Positions 16,576 to 30,701 of a stretch of 64,000 nucleotides of DNA are shown piece by piece. The notes beneath the pieces are model-generated. The model was given only the letters and a program-made list of their open reading frames with translations, had not been told where the DNA came from and did not search any database. The stretch spans positions 2,815,937 through 2,879,936 of the forward strand of contig CBDBPN010000004.1 in the NCBI GenBank assembly GCA_965208745.1, in the 5' to 3' direction. Position 1 is the stretch's first letter, and the number at the start of each line of letters is the position of its first letter. A program made the translations under genes and the position numbers. The DNA is from Pseudomonadales bacterium. Lineage in GTDB: Bacteria > Pseudomonadota > Gammaproteobacteria > Pseudomonadales > Azotimanducaceae.

Positions 16576-17710
16576 TTGACCGCGATACTCGCGCTGGAGG
16601 ACGGTAGCGTCTTTCGCGGCAGCTCCATCGGCACGCCGGGAGCCGCCGTCGGGGAGGTCGTTTTCAACACGGCCATGACCGGCTACCAGGAGATCCTCAC
16701 CGATCCCTCCTACGCTCGCCAGATCGTCACGCTCACCTATCCGCACATCGGCAACACCGGCGCGAATCCGGAGGATGTCGAGTCGGACTCGGTGTGGGCC
16801 GAGGGGCTCGTGATCCGTGATCTGCCCCTGCGCACGAGCAGTTGGCGGGCGGCCCAGACCCTGCCGGAATTCCTGCGGGAGCGGGGCGTCGTGGCGATCG
16901 CCGATATCGATACGCGCCGCCTGACGCGGCGCATCCGGGAGCAGGGCGCGCTTGCCGGCTGCATCATGGCCGGTTCGGACGCCTCCGAGGCGACCGCGAT
17001 CGAGAATGCGCGCGCCTTCCCCGGTCTCGCGGGCATGGACCTGGCCCAGGTGGTGAGCCGGCAGGACAGCACGGTCTGGTCCGAAGGCGGCTGGCGCGAC
17101 GACGAGGGCTACGTGGACCCGCCCGCGGCGATGTACGACGTGGTGGCCTACGATTTCGGTGTGAAACGCAACATCCTGCGGCTCCTCGTGGATCGGGGTT
17201 GCCGCGTCACGCTCGTCCCTGCGCGCACGCCGGCGCGGGACGTGCTGGCGCGGGGACCGGATGGGGTTTTCCTGTCGAACGGCCCCGGGGACCCGGATCC
17301 GTGCGACTACGCCATCGCGGCCATCCGCGACCTCGTCGAGGCGGACCTGCCCGTGTTCGGCATCTGCCTGGGTCACCAGTTGCTCGGGCTCGCGAGCGGC
17401 GCCCGAACGGTCAAGATGCCGCACGGCCACCACGGCGCGAACCACCCCGTGCGGGACCTGCGCACGGGCCAGGTCGTCATCACGAGCCAGAACCACGGGT
17501 TCGCGGTGGACGAGACGACCCTGCCGGACCACGTCGAAGCCACGCACGTCTCCCTGTTCGACGGCACGCTGCAGGGGATCCGGCGTACCGACCGCCCGGC
17601 GTTCGGCTTCCAGGGACACCCGGAGGCGAGTCCGGGCCCGCAGGACTGCCGGTACCTGTTCGACGCGTTCGTCACTTTCATGGATCAGAGACAGCGGGCA
17701 CGGGGCGATC

Positions 17711-17724
<14 letters not shown>
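16576..17724 (+). CDS. carA: Carbamoyl-phosphate synthase small (glutaminase) subunit
   Basis: TTG start with AGGAA 7 nt upstream. N-terminus [18 protein letters not shown] resembles E. coli CarA. Contains GICLGHQLL (catalytic Cys). Confidence 0.95.
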
Positions 17725-20946
<3,222 letters not shown>

Positions 20947-20950
<4 letters not shown>

Positions 20951-21420
20951 CGACGCCGATGACCCTGGAGGGCGAGCGCCAGTTGCGCGAGGAACTGGCG
21001 GAACTCAAGAACGTGGCGCGGCCGAACATCGTGCGCGAAATCGCCGCGGCCCGCGGCCACGGGGACCTGCGGGAGAACGCGGAGTACCACGCGGCGAAAG
21101 AACTGCAGGGCTTCATCGAGGGACGCATCGGCGAGATCGAGGGCAAGCTCGCCGACGCGCAGGTCATCGACGTCACGCGCATCGGCCGCACGGGCCGCGT
21201 GGTGTTCGGCACGACGGTGACGCTCGAGGACTGCGACAGCGGCGAGACCGTGCGCTACCGGATCGTCGGCGAGGACGAGGCCGACCTCGGGGTCGGCAAG
21301 ATCTCCTTCCTGTCGCCCATCGGCCGGGCCATGATCGGCAAGTCGGAAGAGGACGCGGTGGTGGTGACGACGCCCAACGGAGAGCGGGAGTACGTCATCG
21401 ACCGGGTCGAGCACCTGTAG
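20947..21420 (+). CDS. greA: Transcription elongation factor GreA
   Basis: The ATG at 20947 overlaps the carB stop (ATGA). [48 protein letters not shown]. Confidence 0.95.
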
Positions 21421-21436
21421 CGCCCGGCCCGGGACG

Positions 21437-21730
21437 TTACAGGTAACGTGCGACGTTCGACAGCGCGGGCCTGGCCTCGGGGTTGGCGCGATACAGCACG
21501 ACGACCTTGCCGATCCGTTGCACCAGGGTCGCCCCGGAGCGCTCGCGGAGGTCCTCGATGACGGCCCGGCGCGCGCCGCGGTCATCCACGTGCAGGCGCA
21601 CCTTCACGAGTTCGTGGTCGGCGAGCGCGCGGTCGATCTCCCGGACCGCGTTGTCGGTGGCGCCGTTCTCGCCGATGGCGACGATGGGGTCGAGGTGGTG
21701 CGCCATGCCGCGCAGCGTTCGGATGTCCAT
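21437..21730 (-). CDS. yhbY: YhbY/CRS1-type RNA-binding protein
   Basis: 97 aa, LRGMAHHLDPIVAIGENG ... LVKVRL. Conserved position opposite rlmE-ftsH. Confidence 0.85.
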   Translation of the reverse strand: MDIRTLRGMAHHLDPIVAIGENGATDNAVREIDRALADHELVKVRLHVDDRGARRAVIEDLRERSGATLVQRIGKVVVLYRANPEARPALSNVARYL

Positions 21731-21822
21731 GGAGCGGGGTGTCGGGTTGGTGTCGGGTGGACGGCTACGCTGGCGATGTTACACGCGCCGGCAGGTGGAC
21801 GTGGGCGCGGTGACCTGACCCG

Positions 21823-22434
21823 ATGACTCGGCGGTCCAAGTCCAGTGCGGCGTGGCTCGCTCGCCAGCGCCGAGACCCGTACACCGGGCGAGCCGTCTCT
21901 CGTGCCTACTTCAAACTCGAGCAACTCGACGCCAGGTTCCGGCTCACGGCGCCGGACAAGACCGTGCTGGAACTCGGCGCCGCTCCGGGCGGGTGGACGC
22001 AGTACCTCGGCACGCGCTGCCGCCTGGTGGTTGCCTGCGACCTCCTGCCGCTGGCCACCGTCCCGACCGGGGTTCGCGCCGTCGTGGGCGACGCCCGGGA
22101 GCCGTCCGTGCGGCAGCGCATTCTCGCAACGGCGAGTGCGGCCGAGGACCGACCGTTCGACGTTGTATTGTCCGACATGGCCCCCAATATGAGTGGCAAC
22201 AGGGTGCGCGATCAGGCAGTGGCTCTGGAACTCGTGGAGTGCACGCTCGAACTCGCCGAACGGTGGCTCAGGCCCCGTGGCCGGGTGGTCGTGAAAGCCT
22301 TCCACGGCGCGGGGTTCGAGGATCTGGTCCGCAACATGCGGGGTCGTTTCGAAGACGTGGTCGTGGCGAAACCCCGGGCCTCCCGAGGCGGGTCCCGGGA
22401 GGTCTATGCGACCGGACGATATGGAGTAGAATGA
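21823..22434 (+). CDS. rlmE: 23S rRNA U2552 2'-O-methyltransferase
   Basis: SSAAWLARQRRDPY ... RSRAYFKL-type N-terminus, LELGAAPGGW SAM motif, and position upstream of ftsH. Confidence 0.9.
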   Translation: MTRRSKSSAAWLARQRRDPYTGRAVSRAYFKLEQLDARFRLTAPDKTVLELGAAPGGWTQYLGTRCRLVVACDLLPLATVPTGVRAVVGDAREPSVRQRILATASAAEDRPFDVVLSDMAPNMSGNRVRDQAVALELVECTLELAERWLRPRGRVVVKAFHGAGFEDLVRNMRGRFEDVVVAKPRASRGGSREVYATGRYGVE

Positions 22435-22479
22435 GCGATTCCTGCTGACCCGCACCTAGAGGGTAAGCGATTGAACGAT

Positions 22480-24363
22480 ATGGGAAAAAACCTCCTGCTT
22501 TGGCTCATCGTCGCGGCCGTGCTGCTGACGGTCTTCCAGAACTTCAACGTCAAGAAGGAGCCGACGGAGATCAGCTACTCCGAGTTCCTCGAAGACGTGC
22601 GCATGGACGACGTCGACTCCGTGGTCATGGAGCGCACGCGCATCTTCGGTACCAGGAAGGGTGGCGAGGAGTTCATGGTGATCCGTCCGCCCATGTCCGA
22701 CCCGAAACTCGCCGATGACCTCTACAACCACGGCGTGACGATCACCGGCAAGGAAGAGGAAGAGCCGAGCATCTGGTGGCAGTTGCTGGTCGCCAGCTTC
22801 CCCATCCTCATCATCATCGCCGTCTTCATGCTGTTCATGCGGCAGATGCAGGGTGGCGCCGGAGGCCGGGGCGGGCCGATGGCGTTCGCCAAGAGCAAGG
22901 CGCGCCTCCTGTCGGAGGACCAGATCAAGACGACGTTCGCCGACGTGGCGGGGGTCGACGAGGCCAAGGAAGACGTCAGCGAACTCGTGGAGTTCCTGCG
23001 CGACCCGAGCAAGTTCCAGCGCCTCGGGGGACGCATCCCGCGCGGCATCCTGATGGTCGGCTCCCCCGGGACGGGCAAGACGCTGCTGGCCAAGGCCATC
23101 GCCGGCGAGGCGAAGGTGCCGTTCTTCTCGATCTCGGGCTCGGACTTCGTCGAGATGTTCGTCGGCGTCGGGGCATCGCGCGTCCGTGACATGTTCGAAC
23201 AGGCCAAGAAGCAGGCGCCCTGCATCATCTTCATCGACGAGATCGATGCGGTGGGCCGGCACCGCGGGGCCGGCCTCGGGGGCGGTCACGACGAGCGCGA
23301 ACAGACCCTGAACCAGTTGCTCGTCGAGATGGACGGCTTCGAGGCGAACGACGGCATCATCGTCATCGCGGCGACCAACCGGCCCGACGTGCTCGACAAG
23401 GCGCTGCTGCGGCCGGGACGGTTCGACCGGCAGGTCGTCGTGCCGCTGCCCGACATCCGCGGCCGCGAGCAGATCCTCATGGTGCACATGCGCCGCGTCC
23501 CCCTCTCGGACGACGTCGACCCGGGCATCATCGCGCGCGGCACGCCCGGTTTCTCCGGCGCGGACCTCGAGAACATCGTCAACGAGGCCGCCCTCTTCGC
23601 GGCCCGGGCCGGCAAGCGGCTCGTCATGATGGACGAGTTCGAGAAGGCCAAGGACAAGATCATGATGGGCACCGAGCGCAAGACCATGGTCATGTCCGAG
23701 AAGGAGAAGCGCAACACCGCCTACCACGAGTCCGGCCACGCCATCGTGGGCCGCTCCCTGCCCGAGCACGACATGCTCTACAAGGTCACCATCGTGCCGC
23801 GCGGCCGGGCGCTCGGCGTGACCATGTTCCTGCCGGAGGAGGACCGTTACAGCCTTAGCCGCCAGATGGTGCTCTCCCAGATCACCAGCCTGTTCGGCGG
23901 GCGCATCGCCGAAGAGCTGATCAACGGCAAGGACGGCGTGACGACGGGCGCCGCGAACGACATCGAGCGGGCGACGCAACTCGCGCGCAACATGGTGACG
24001 AAGTGGGGGCTGTCCGAGGAACTCGGCCCCATCATGTACGACGAGGACGACGGCGAGGTGTTCCTCGGCATGTCGGCCGGCATGAAGCCCAAGCCCATCT
24101 CCGGCGCCACGGCGAAGGCCATCGACGCGGAAGTGCGGCGCATCGTCGACCAGTGCTACGAACGCGCGAAGGCGATCCTGGTCGAGCACGAGGACAAGCT
24201 GCACAGCATGGCGAGTGCCCTCATCGAGTACGAGACCCTCACGCCGGACCAGATCGACGACATCATGGCCGGCGCGAAACCGCGGGCGCCGAAAGTCGCG
24301 CCGCCGCCTCCGAAGGAAACCGAGGAGCCGAGCCCGATCGGCGATCCGGCGCAGGAGACCTGA
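22480..24363 (+). CDS. ftsH: ATP-dependent zinc metalloprotease FtsH
   Basis: [16 protein letters not shown] resembles the E. coli N-terminus. Walker [14 protein letters not shown], zinc motif HESGHA. The ATG at 22480 is preferred to the TTG at 22471. Confidence 0.95.
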   Translation: MGKNLLLWLIVAAVLLTVFQNFNVKKEPTEISYSEFLEDVRMDDVDSVVMERTRIFGTRKGGEEFMVIRPPMSDPKLADDLYNHGVTITGKEEEEPSIWWQLLVASFPILIIIAVFMLFMRQMQGGAGGRGGPMAFAKSKARLLSEDQIKTTFADVAGVDEAKEDVSELVEFLRDPSKFQRLGGRIPRGILMVGSPGTGKTLLAKAIAGEAKVPFFSISGSDFVEMFVGVGASRVRDMFEQAKKQAPCIIFIDEIDAVGRHRGAGLGGGHDEREQTLNQLLVEMDGFEANDGIIVIAATNRPDVLDKALLRPGRFDRQVVVPLPDIRGREQILMVHMRRVPLSDDVDPGIIARGTPGFSGADLENIVNEAALFAARAGKRLVMMDEFEKAKDKIMMGTERKTMVMSEKEKRNTAYHESGHAIVGRSLPEHDMLYKVTIVPRGRALGVTMFLPEEDRYSLSRQMVLSQITSLFGGRIAEELINGKDGVTTGAANDIERATQLARNMVTKWGLSEELGPIMYDEDDGEVFLGMSAGMKPKPISGATAKAIDAEVRRIVDQCYERAKAILVEHEDKLHSMASALIEYETLTPDQIDDIMAGAKPRAPKVAPPPPKETEEPSPIGDPAQET

Positions 24364-24432
24364 CCCATCTCCGGGCAGCGGCGCGAGCTGCTCTGCGGCA
24401 CGCGCCGGCTCGATCTCCGGCAACCGCGCGTC

Positions 24433-25245
24433 ATGGGGATCCTCAATGTCACCCCGGACTCGTTCTCGGACGGAGGACGTTTCCCGAGCGTGGATGCAGC
24501 CGTCGACGCGGCGGGGCGCATGGTCGAGGCGGGAGCGGCGGTGCTCGACGTCGGGGGCGAGAGCACACGTCCCGGCGCGTCCGCGGTCTCGGCTGCCGAG
24601 GAGATGGACCGCGTCCTGCCGGTTATCGAAGGCATCCGCCGGTTCGATGCCGTCGTCAGCGTGGACACGAGCAAGGCGGCGGTGGCCGAGGCCGCCATCG
24701 CCGCGGGCGCCGGCATGGTCAACGACGTGCTTGCGGCGCGCGCTCCGGGGATGCTCGACGTGCTCGCCCGCTCGCGTGTCGCCGTCTGCCTGATGCACAT
24801 GCGGGGCGAGCCGCGCACCATGCAGGTCCGGCCCGAGTACGAGGACGTGGTGCGGGAGGTCGCCGCGTTCCTCGCAGCGCGTGCTTCCGCGTGCCGGGCC
24901 GCTGAGGTGGCGCGGGAGCGACTGATCCTGGATCCCGGGATCGGCTTCGGCAAGACGGTGTCCCACAACCTCGAGCTGTTGCGAAACCTGCCGGCGCTCT
25001 CGAGCGACGGCCTGCCTGTCCTCGTGGGCGCGTCGCGCAAGAGCACGATCGGTCAGTTGACGGGCAAGCCTCCGGCGGGCCGTTTGGCGGGTAGTATTGG
25101 CGCCGCGGTGTTCGCGGTCACGAGAGGTGCGGTCATGGTGCGGGTGCACGATGTCGAGGAGACGGTGGATGCCCTGGAGGTCGTGCGGGCGATCGAGTCA
25201 GGCAGCCAGTGGCGCCCGGGAGGCGCGGGATGCGGGGGGGCCTGA
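24433..25245 (+). CDS. folP: Dihydropteroate synthase
   Basis: [15 protein letters not shown] ... [10 protein letters not shown] motifs. Confidence 0.95.
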   Translation: MGILNVTPDSFSDGGRFPSVDAAVDAAGRMVEAGAAVLDVGGESTRPGASAVSAAEEMDRVLPVIEGIRRFDAVVSVDTSKAAVAEAAIAAGAGMVNDVLAARAPGMLDVLARSRVAVCLMHMRGEPRTMQVRPEYEDVVREVAAFLAARASACRAAEVARERLILDPGIGFGKTVSHNLELLRNLPALSSDGLPVLVGASRKSTIGQLTGKPPAGRLAGSIGAAVFAVTRGAVMVRVHDVEETVDALEVVRAIESGSQWRPGGAGCGGA

Positions 25246-25291
25246 GGCCCGGGTCGGGACGCTGCGCCCGTCCTGGCGGGAGGGTAGTCCA

Positions 25292-26650
25292 TTGAACAAC
25301 AACGGTCGCAAGTACTTCGGGACGGACGGGATCCGCGGGCGCGTGGGCGAGCATCCCATTACGGCGGAGTTCTGCCTGCGCCTCGGCTGGGCGGTCGGCA
25401 AGATCTTCGCCTCCGAGGGGTCGCGCCTCGTACTCATCGGCAAGGACACGCGCATCTCCGGGTACATGATCGAGTCCGTCCTCGAAGCCGGCCTGGTATC
25501 GGCCGGCGTGGACGTGCGGCTCCTGACACCGATTCCCACGCCGGCCGTCGCCTACCTGACACGGACCTTCCGCGCGGATGCCGGCATCGTCATCAGCGCC
25601 TCCCACAACCGCTACGACGACAACGGCATCAAGTTCTTCGACTCGCGCGGCAACAAGCTGCCCGACGAGATGGAACTCGCCATCGAGCAGCAGATGGAGG
25701 CGCCCCTCGTGACCGTGCGGTCGAGCGAGCTGGGCAAGGTGGAACGCCTCGAGGACGCACGGGGCCGTTACATCGAGTTCTGCAAGGGAACGGTGGACCG
25801 GCGGTTCCGCCTGCGCGGCCTCAAGGTCGTGGTCGACTGTGCGAACGGCTCGACCTACGCCGTGGCCCCGCGGGTGTTCTCCGAGCTGGGCGCCGACGTG
25901 ACCGTCATAGGCGCCGAGCCGAACGGGATGAACATCAACGATGGCTGTGGTTCCACGCAACCGGAGGCGATGGCGGAGGCGGTGGTCGAGGCGGGGGCCG
26001 ATGTCGGTATCGCTCTCGACGGGGACGGGGACCGGGTCATCATGGCCGACGGCGACGGCCGGATCGTGGACGGGGACGAACTGCTCTACATCATCGCGAG
26101 TCACTGGTCGCGTACGGGACGCCTGAGCGGAGGCGTCGTCGGCACGGTCATGACCAACCTGGGTCTGGAACGCGCCCTGGGCCGGGCGCGCATTCCGTTC
26201 GCGCGGGCCGACGTCGGCGACCGCTACGTCCTCGAGGCGATGCGCCACCGGAACTGGCCGCTGGGCGGGGAGTCGTCGGGACACATCGTGTGCTCGAACC
26301 TCACAACGACGGGGGACGGCATTGTCTCGGCGCTGCAGGCGCTCGTGCCGATGGTCGAGACCGGCAAGCCCCTGGCCGACCTCAAGACGGGCATGACGAA
26401 GCTCCCCCAGTCCATCGTCAGCGTGGCGGCCGAAGACCCCGATACGGTCAGTGGATGCGGCGCGGTGGCGCGCGCCCTTGGCGACGTCGAAGCCCAGCTC
26501 GACGGCCAAGGCCGGGTCCTGATTCGCCCGTCGGGGACGGAGCCGGTCGTTAGGGTTATGGTCGAGGGCGAGGATCCCGACCTCGTCGCCGGTCACGCCC
26601 ACGCACTGGCCGACGTCGTGCGTTCCTCGGGGCAGTCCGCATCGCCCTAG
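25292..26650 (+). CDS. glmM: Phosphoglucosamine mutase
   Basis: TTG start with GGGAGGG upstream. [11 protein letters not shown], active-site ISASHN, GGESSGH. Confidence 0.9.
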   Translation: MNNNGRKYFGTDGIRGRVGEHPITAEFCLRLGWAVGKIFASEGSRLVLIGKDTRISGYMIESVLEAGLVSAGVDVRLLTPIPTPAVAYLTRTFRADAGIVISASHNRYDDNGIKFFDSRGNKLPDEMELAIEQQMEAPLVTVRSSELGKVERLEDARGRYIEFCKGTVDRRFRLRGLKVVVDCANGSTYAVAPRVFSELGADVTVIGAEPNGMNINDGCGSTQPEAMAEAVVEAGADVGIALDGDGDRVIMADGDGRIVDGDELLYIIASHWSRTGRLSGGVVGTVMTNLGLERALGRARIPFARADVGDRYVLEAMRHRNWPLGGESSGHIVCSNLTTTGDGIVSALQALVPMVETGKPLADLKTGMTKLPQSIVSVAAEDPDTVSGCGAVARALGDVEAQLDGQGRVLIRPSGTEPVVRVMVEGEDPDLVAGHAHALADVVRSSGQSASP

Positions 26651-26755
26651 GCAGGCCGCCGCCCGTGGGCGCGCCCTGTGGGCGCGCAAGCACAGCGCTT
26701 GCAACTGGCCGATACGCCTATACCATTGCGCCTCCCGCCAGCCGGTGAAGAGGGC

Positions 26756-27475
26756 ATGCGCCGATCGATCGCCGCCGGAAACTGGAAGATGCACGGTTCG
26801 CGGGCGCTGCTCGAGGCGTTTGCGGCGCAGGCCTTCCCGGGCGCGATCGAGACGCTGGTGTTTCCGCCGGCGGTCTACGTCGCCGAAGCGGCGAAGCGGC
26901 TGTCCGGCATCGGAGTCGGCATCCAGGATGTGCACCCCGAGGCCGCCGGAGCCTTTACCGGCGAGGTGGCGGCCGAGATGGCGGCGGAACTCGGCGCAAG
27001 TCATGCCCTGGTGGGCCACTCGGAACGCCGGCACCTGTTCGGAGAGGACAATGGAACGGTCGCGCGGAAGTATGCGGCGGCGCGCCGCGCAGGGCTGGTG
27101 CCGATACTCTGCGTCGGCGAGACCCTCGAGGAGCGCCGCGCGGGACGCCAGGAGGCAGTGGTGCTGAGCCAGCTCGATGCGGTCTTCGGGACCGCTTCCG
27201 CACGGAATGCGGTGGTTGCGTACGAGCCCGTATGGGCCATCGGGACCGGAGAGACGGCCACGCCCGGGCAGGCGCAGGCCATGCACGCGGTCATCCGGGA
27301 GGCGCTCCGCGAGCCGTCGTTGCGCGTCCTCTATGGAGGCAGCGTCAAGCCGGAGAACGCGGCGGCGCTGTTTGGCGAAGAAGACGTGGACGGCGGGCTC
27401 GTTGGCGGTGCGTCGCTTTCGCCTGCCGCGTTCATGGCGATCGCCGAGGCGGCTGTTTGTGAGGACAAGGCATAG
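26756..27475 (+). CDS. tpiA: Triose-phosphate isomerase
   Basis: [33 protein letters not shown]. Confidence 0.95.
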   Translation: MRRSIAAGNWKMHGSRALLEAFAAQAFPGAIETLVFPPAVYVAEAAKRLSGIGVGIQDVHPEAAGAFTGEVAAEMAAELGASHALVGHSERRHLFGEDNGTVARKYAAARRAGLVPILCVGETLEERRAGRQEAVVLSQLDAVFGTASARNAVVAYEPVWAIGTGETATPGQAQAMHAVIREALREPSLRVLYGGSVKPENAAALFGEEDVDGGLVGGASLSPAAFMAIAEAAVCEDKA

Positions 27476-27856
27476 ATGGGTACCTTCGAGACGATCCTGC
27501 TGATTCTCCTGGTGGCGGACGCGATCGCCCTCGGCGCGCTCATCCTGCTGCAGCAGGGCAAGGGCGCCGACATCGGCGCGGCGTTCGGCTCCGGCGGAGC
27601 GAACACCGTGTTCGGCGCGACCGGCGGCGCGTCGTTCCTGATGAAGCTCACCGTCTGGCTGTCGATCGGCTTTTTCGTCATCGCCTTCGGGCTCGCCTAC
27701 GCGGCGAAGGAGCGCGCGGCGGGTCTGCGGGGCGATGGCGTTCCGTCCCTGCCCCTCGTTCAGGAGGAGGTGCCAACGGCCACCGTTGACGAGACCGACG
27801 CACCGCAGTTGACAGAGGACGAGGAACCGGTAGATTCCGACATCCCCGAGGTCTGA
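27476..27856 (+). CDS. secG: Preprotein translocase subunit SecG
   Basis: LLQQGKGADIGAAFGSGGANTVFG motif. The ATG abuts the tpiA stop. Confidence 0.9.
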   Translation: MGTFETILLILLVADAIALGALILLQQGKGADIGAAFGSGGANTVFGATGGASFLMKLTVWLSIGFFVIAFGLAYAAKERAAGLRGDGVPSLPLVQEEVPTATVDETDAPQLTEDEEPVDSDIPEV

Positions 27857-27897
27857 GCCGGCGGTCTGGCCGGAGCGGACCCCGACACGACGAACGC

Positions 27898-27984
27898 GCC
27901 GAAGTGGTGAAATTGGTAGACACGCTACCTTGAGGGGGTAGTGGGCGGACGCCCGTGGAGGTTCGAGTCCTCTCTTCGGCACCA
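27898..27984 (+). tRNA. tRNA-Leu (anticodon GAG), type II with long variable arm
   Basis: Acceptor stem GCCGAAG/CTTCGGC. Anticodon stem CTACC/GGTAG with loop TTGAGGG. T arm GGAGG-TTCGAGT-CCTCT. 3' ACCA encoded. Confidence 0.9.
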
Positions 27985-28071
27985 GATCCGACCTCCGCGC
28001 GAGTGCCGTCCGGCCTCGCGCGGCTTTCCCCCGGCGCATCGATTCGACCGCCTTCGGCCGCATCGCCCCGA

Positions 28072-28099
28072 TTGCGCTGGGGGACTGGTGGGCTATAAT
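28072..28099 (+). promoter_or_regulatory. Candidate sigma70 promoter of the metY-rimP-nusA-infB operon (TTGCGC - 16 nt - TATAAT)
   Basis: A perfect -10 TATAAT at 28094-28099 lies 14 nt before the tRNA 5' end. -35-like TTGCGC at 28072-28077. Confidence 0.5.
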
Positions 28100-28113
28100 T
28101 CCGCGCTTACTGA

Positions 28114-28190
<77 letters not shown>

Positions 28191-28201
28191 AGGTGAAAGA
28201 G

Positions 28202-28234
28202 AAGGCCCCCGAACGATAGGGAGGGGGCCTTTTC
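28202..28234 (+). terminator. Intrinsic terminator t1 after metY
   Basis: Stem AAGGCCCCC (28202-28210) / GGGGGCCTT (28223-28231), followed by TTTT. Confidence 0.7.
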
Positions 28235-28350
28235 GTAACATCGGGCATGCCGGCCGCGCACTCGGCGGCAGGCGGGCTGCAGGCGCCGCGTCAGTGGACG
28301 ATGGGCCTGCCCGCCCGTCAGCGGCTCGGGATGCCGGCGGAGGCATCGGG

Positions 28351-28374
28351 AATGGGCGGGATCGCCCATTTTTT
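28351..28374 (+). terminator. Second intrinsic terminator (t2) in the metY-rimP leader
   Basis: Stem AATGGGCG / CGCCCATT with loop GGAT, followed by TTTTTT. Confidence 0.65.
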
Positions 28375-28387
28375 GTATGTGGCCGGT

Positions 28388-28494
28388 GGGTGCCGAAAGG
28401 CGGGTGCCGAAGATTGGGTGCCGAAGATTGGGTGCCGAAGGATGGGTGCCGAGGATTAGGTGCCGAAGAGAAGAGAAGATAGGTGCCGGGTGTG
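28388..28494. repeat. Tandem array of a 14-bp unit (consensus GGGTGCCGAAGATT), six contiguous copies plus one degenerate copy
   Basis: Units start at 28388, 28402, 28416, 28430, 28444 and 28458. A degenerate unit lies at 28481 after a GA-rich 9-mer. A 14-bp period is not a multiple of 3, and there are no spacers. Confidence 0.85.
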
Positions 28495-28514
28495 TCCCGA
28501 AAGAGAGGCGACCG

Positions 28515-28973
28515 GTGAACAGGAGAGAGCGGGAGCTGGAACAGTTGCTCGGACCGACCGTACGCGGACTCGGCTGTGAGATGTGGGGCATCGAGTACTT
28601 CCCCGCCGGCCGTCCGCCCATGCTGCGCGTGTACATCGACGCCCCCGATGGCGTGACGGTGGACGACTGCGAGCGCGTCAGTCACCAGCTCAGCGGCGTA
28701 CTCGACGTGGAAGAGCCGATCCGCAACGACTTCACGCTCGAGGTTTCGTCGCCGGGACTCGACCGGGTGCTCTTCAAACCGGAACAGTATGAAGCGTACG
28801 TCGGCGAGGACGTCGATGTGCGGCTGAAGTTCCCGCTCGAGGGGCTGCGGAAGGTCGTGGGCCGGCTGGCCGGGGCCACGGCGAGCGAGGTCTTCGTCGA
28901 GGCGGACGGGGCGACGCTCGCGGTGCCGGTGGAACAGGTGCGGCGGACGCGGATCGTGCCGCGCTTCGACTAG
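28515..28973 (+). CDS. rimP: Ribosome maturation factor RimP
   Basis: GTG start with AAGAGAGG upstream. LEQLLGPTVRGLGCEMWGIEY ... LRVYID ... EVSSPGLDR. Confidence 0.85.
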   Translation: MNRRERELEQLLGPTVRGLGCEMWGIEYFPAGRPPMLRVYIDAPDGVTVDDCERVSHQLSGVLDVEEPIRNDFTLEVSSPGLDRVLFKPEQYEAYVGEDVDVRLKFPLEGLRKVVGRLAGATASEVFVEADGATLAVPVEQVRRTRIVPRFD

Positions 28974-29024
28974 CGGTTCGGGACTATTCGGCGCTAAGCG
29001 GCGCAGTCGGGGCAAGAGCAGGCA

Positions 29025-30701
29025 ATGAGCAAGGAAATCCTCATAGTCGTCGAGTCGCTCTCGCACGAGAAGGGCGTGCCGAAGGAGGTCATCTTCGATG
29101 CGCTGGAATCGGCACTGGCCACCGCGACCAAGAAGCGGTACCAGGAGGACGCCGAGTTCCGGGTCGCCATCGACCGCGAGAGCGGCAGCTACGAGACCTT
29201 CCGGCGCTGGGAGGTCATCGATCCGGACCGCGAGCTCGAAGAGGACGAAATGCCGAACCCGGACGCGGAGCTGACCCCGGAGGAGGCCGGGGAGCGGAAT
29301 CCGGCGCTCGGCATCGGTGACTTCCACGAGATTCCCGTCGAGTCCGTCGAGTTTGGCCGCATCGCGGCGCAGGCCGCGCGGCAGGTGCTTACGCAGAAGG
29401 TCCGCGAGGCGGAGCGGGCCCAGGTGCTCGAGAAGTACCTGCCCAGGGTGCACCAGCTCGTCAGCGGTACCGTCAAGAAGGTGACGCGCGACGCCGTCAT
29501 CGTGGACCTCGGCGGCAACGCGGAGGCGATTCTCATGCGCGGCAGCATGATTCCGCGCGAAACGTTCCGCATGGGCGACCGCCTGCGTGCCCTGCTCGTG
29601 GACGTACGTCCCGAGGCCCGGGGGCCGCAGCTCATCCTCAGTCGCATCACGTCGGAGATGCTGATCGAGCTCTTCAAGGTGGAGGTCCCGGAGATCGCCG
29701 AGGACGTGATCGAGATCCGGGCCGCCGCCCGCAACCCCGGGTCCCGGGCGAAGATCGCCGTGTACACGAACGACGGACGGATAGACCCGGTGGGCGCCTG
29801 CGTCGGCATGCGTGGCTCGCGCGTCCAGGCAGTCTCGGGTGAGTTGGCGGGGGAGCGCGTGGACATCGTGCCGTGGAACGAGAACCCGGCGCAACTGGCC
29901 ATCAACGCGATGCAGCCGGCGGAGGTGGCCAGCATCGTCCTCGACGAGGACACGCACGCGATGGACATCGCCGTGGCCGAGGACAACCTGGCGCAGGCCA
30001 TCGGTCAGAGAGGAGAGAACGTCCGCCTCGCCAGCCAGCTCACGGGCTGGGAACTGAACATCATGACCGAGGAGGACGCGGCGCAGCAGCAGGAGGAGGA
30101 GGCGCTCTCGGTCATGGAAGAGTTCATGGAGGCCCTGTCGGTCGACGAGAACGTGGCGGCCGTGCTGGCGGAGGAGGGGTTCACGACCATCGAGGAGGTC
30201 GCCTACGTTCCCATCGAGGAACTGCGCACGATCGAGGGTTTCGACGAGGAGATCGTCGAGGAGCTCCGCCAACGTGCGAAGGACGCGCTGCTGACCAAGG
30301 CGATCGCCTCCGGCGGTCTGCTGGCGGAAGGCGAGCCGGCCCCGGACCTGCTGAACATGGAAGGCATGGACCGTGACCTCGCCTACACGCTGGCCGGCAA
30401 CGGCGTGGTGACCATGGAGGACCTGGCCGAGCTCGCGACGCCGGACCTGCTCGACATCGACGAGAGCGTCGGCGAGGAGCGCGCCAGCGAACTCATCATG
30501 ACGGCCCGCGCACCGTGGTTCGAAGACGAGGCCGAGGAAGAAGGCGCCGAAGCGGTCGCCGAAGCGGCGGGCGAGGTGGCCCAGGCCCCGGGGGCCGGGC
30601 CGGAAGAAGGGACCCTCGCGACCGCGCCTGCCGGCACGGACGCCCCGGCGGCCGAGGCGGTGCCGGCGGTCGGAGGAGGCCAGGGGACGCGCTCCGCATG
30701 A
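29025..30701 (+). CDS. nusA: Transcription termination/antitermination factor NusA (long acidic C-terminal tail)
   Basis: [19 protein letters not shown]1 and KH regions ([31 protein letters not shown]). Confidence 0.95.
   Translation: MSKEILIVVESLSHEKGVPKEVIFDALESALATATKKRYQEDAEFRVAIDRESGSYETFRRWEVIDPDRELEEDEMPNPDAELTPEEAGERNPALGIGDFHEIPVESVEFGRIAAQAARQVLTQKVREAERAQVLEKYLPRVHQLVSGTVKKVTRDAVIVDLGGNAEAILMRGSMIPRETFRMGDRLRALLVDVRPEARGPQLILSRITSEMLIELFKVEVPEIAEDVIEIRAAARNPGSRAKIAVYTNDGRIDPVGACVGMRGSRVQAVSGELAGERVDIVPWNENPAQLAINAMQPAEVASIVLDEDTHAMDIAVAEDNLAQAIGQRGENVRLASQLTGWELNIMTEEDAAQQQEEEALSVMEEFMEALSVDENVAAVLAEEGFTTIEEVAYVPIEELRTIEGFDEEIVEELRQRAKDALLTKAIASGGLLAEGEPAPDLLNMEGMDRDLAYTLAGNGVVTMEDLAELATPDLLDIDESVGEERASELIMTARAPWFEDEAEEEGAEAVAEAAGEVAQAPGAGPEEGTLATAPAGTDAPAAEAVPAVGGGQGTRSA

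Noticed and set aside
28388-28494. The tandem 14-bp repeats as a CRISPR array.
   Set aside because: The units are contiguous with no spacers, the unit length is far too short, and no cas genes are present in the window.
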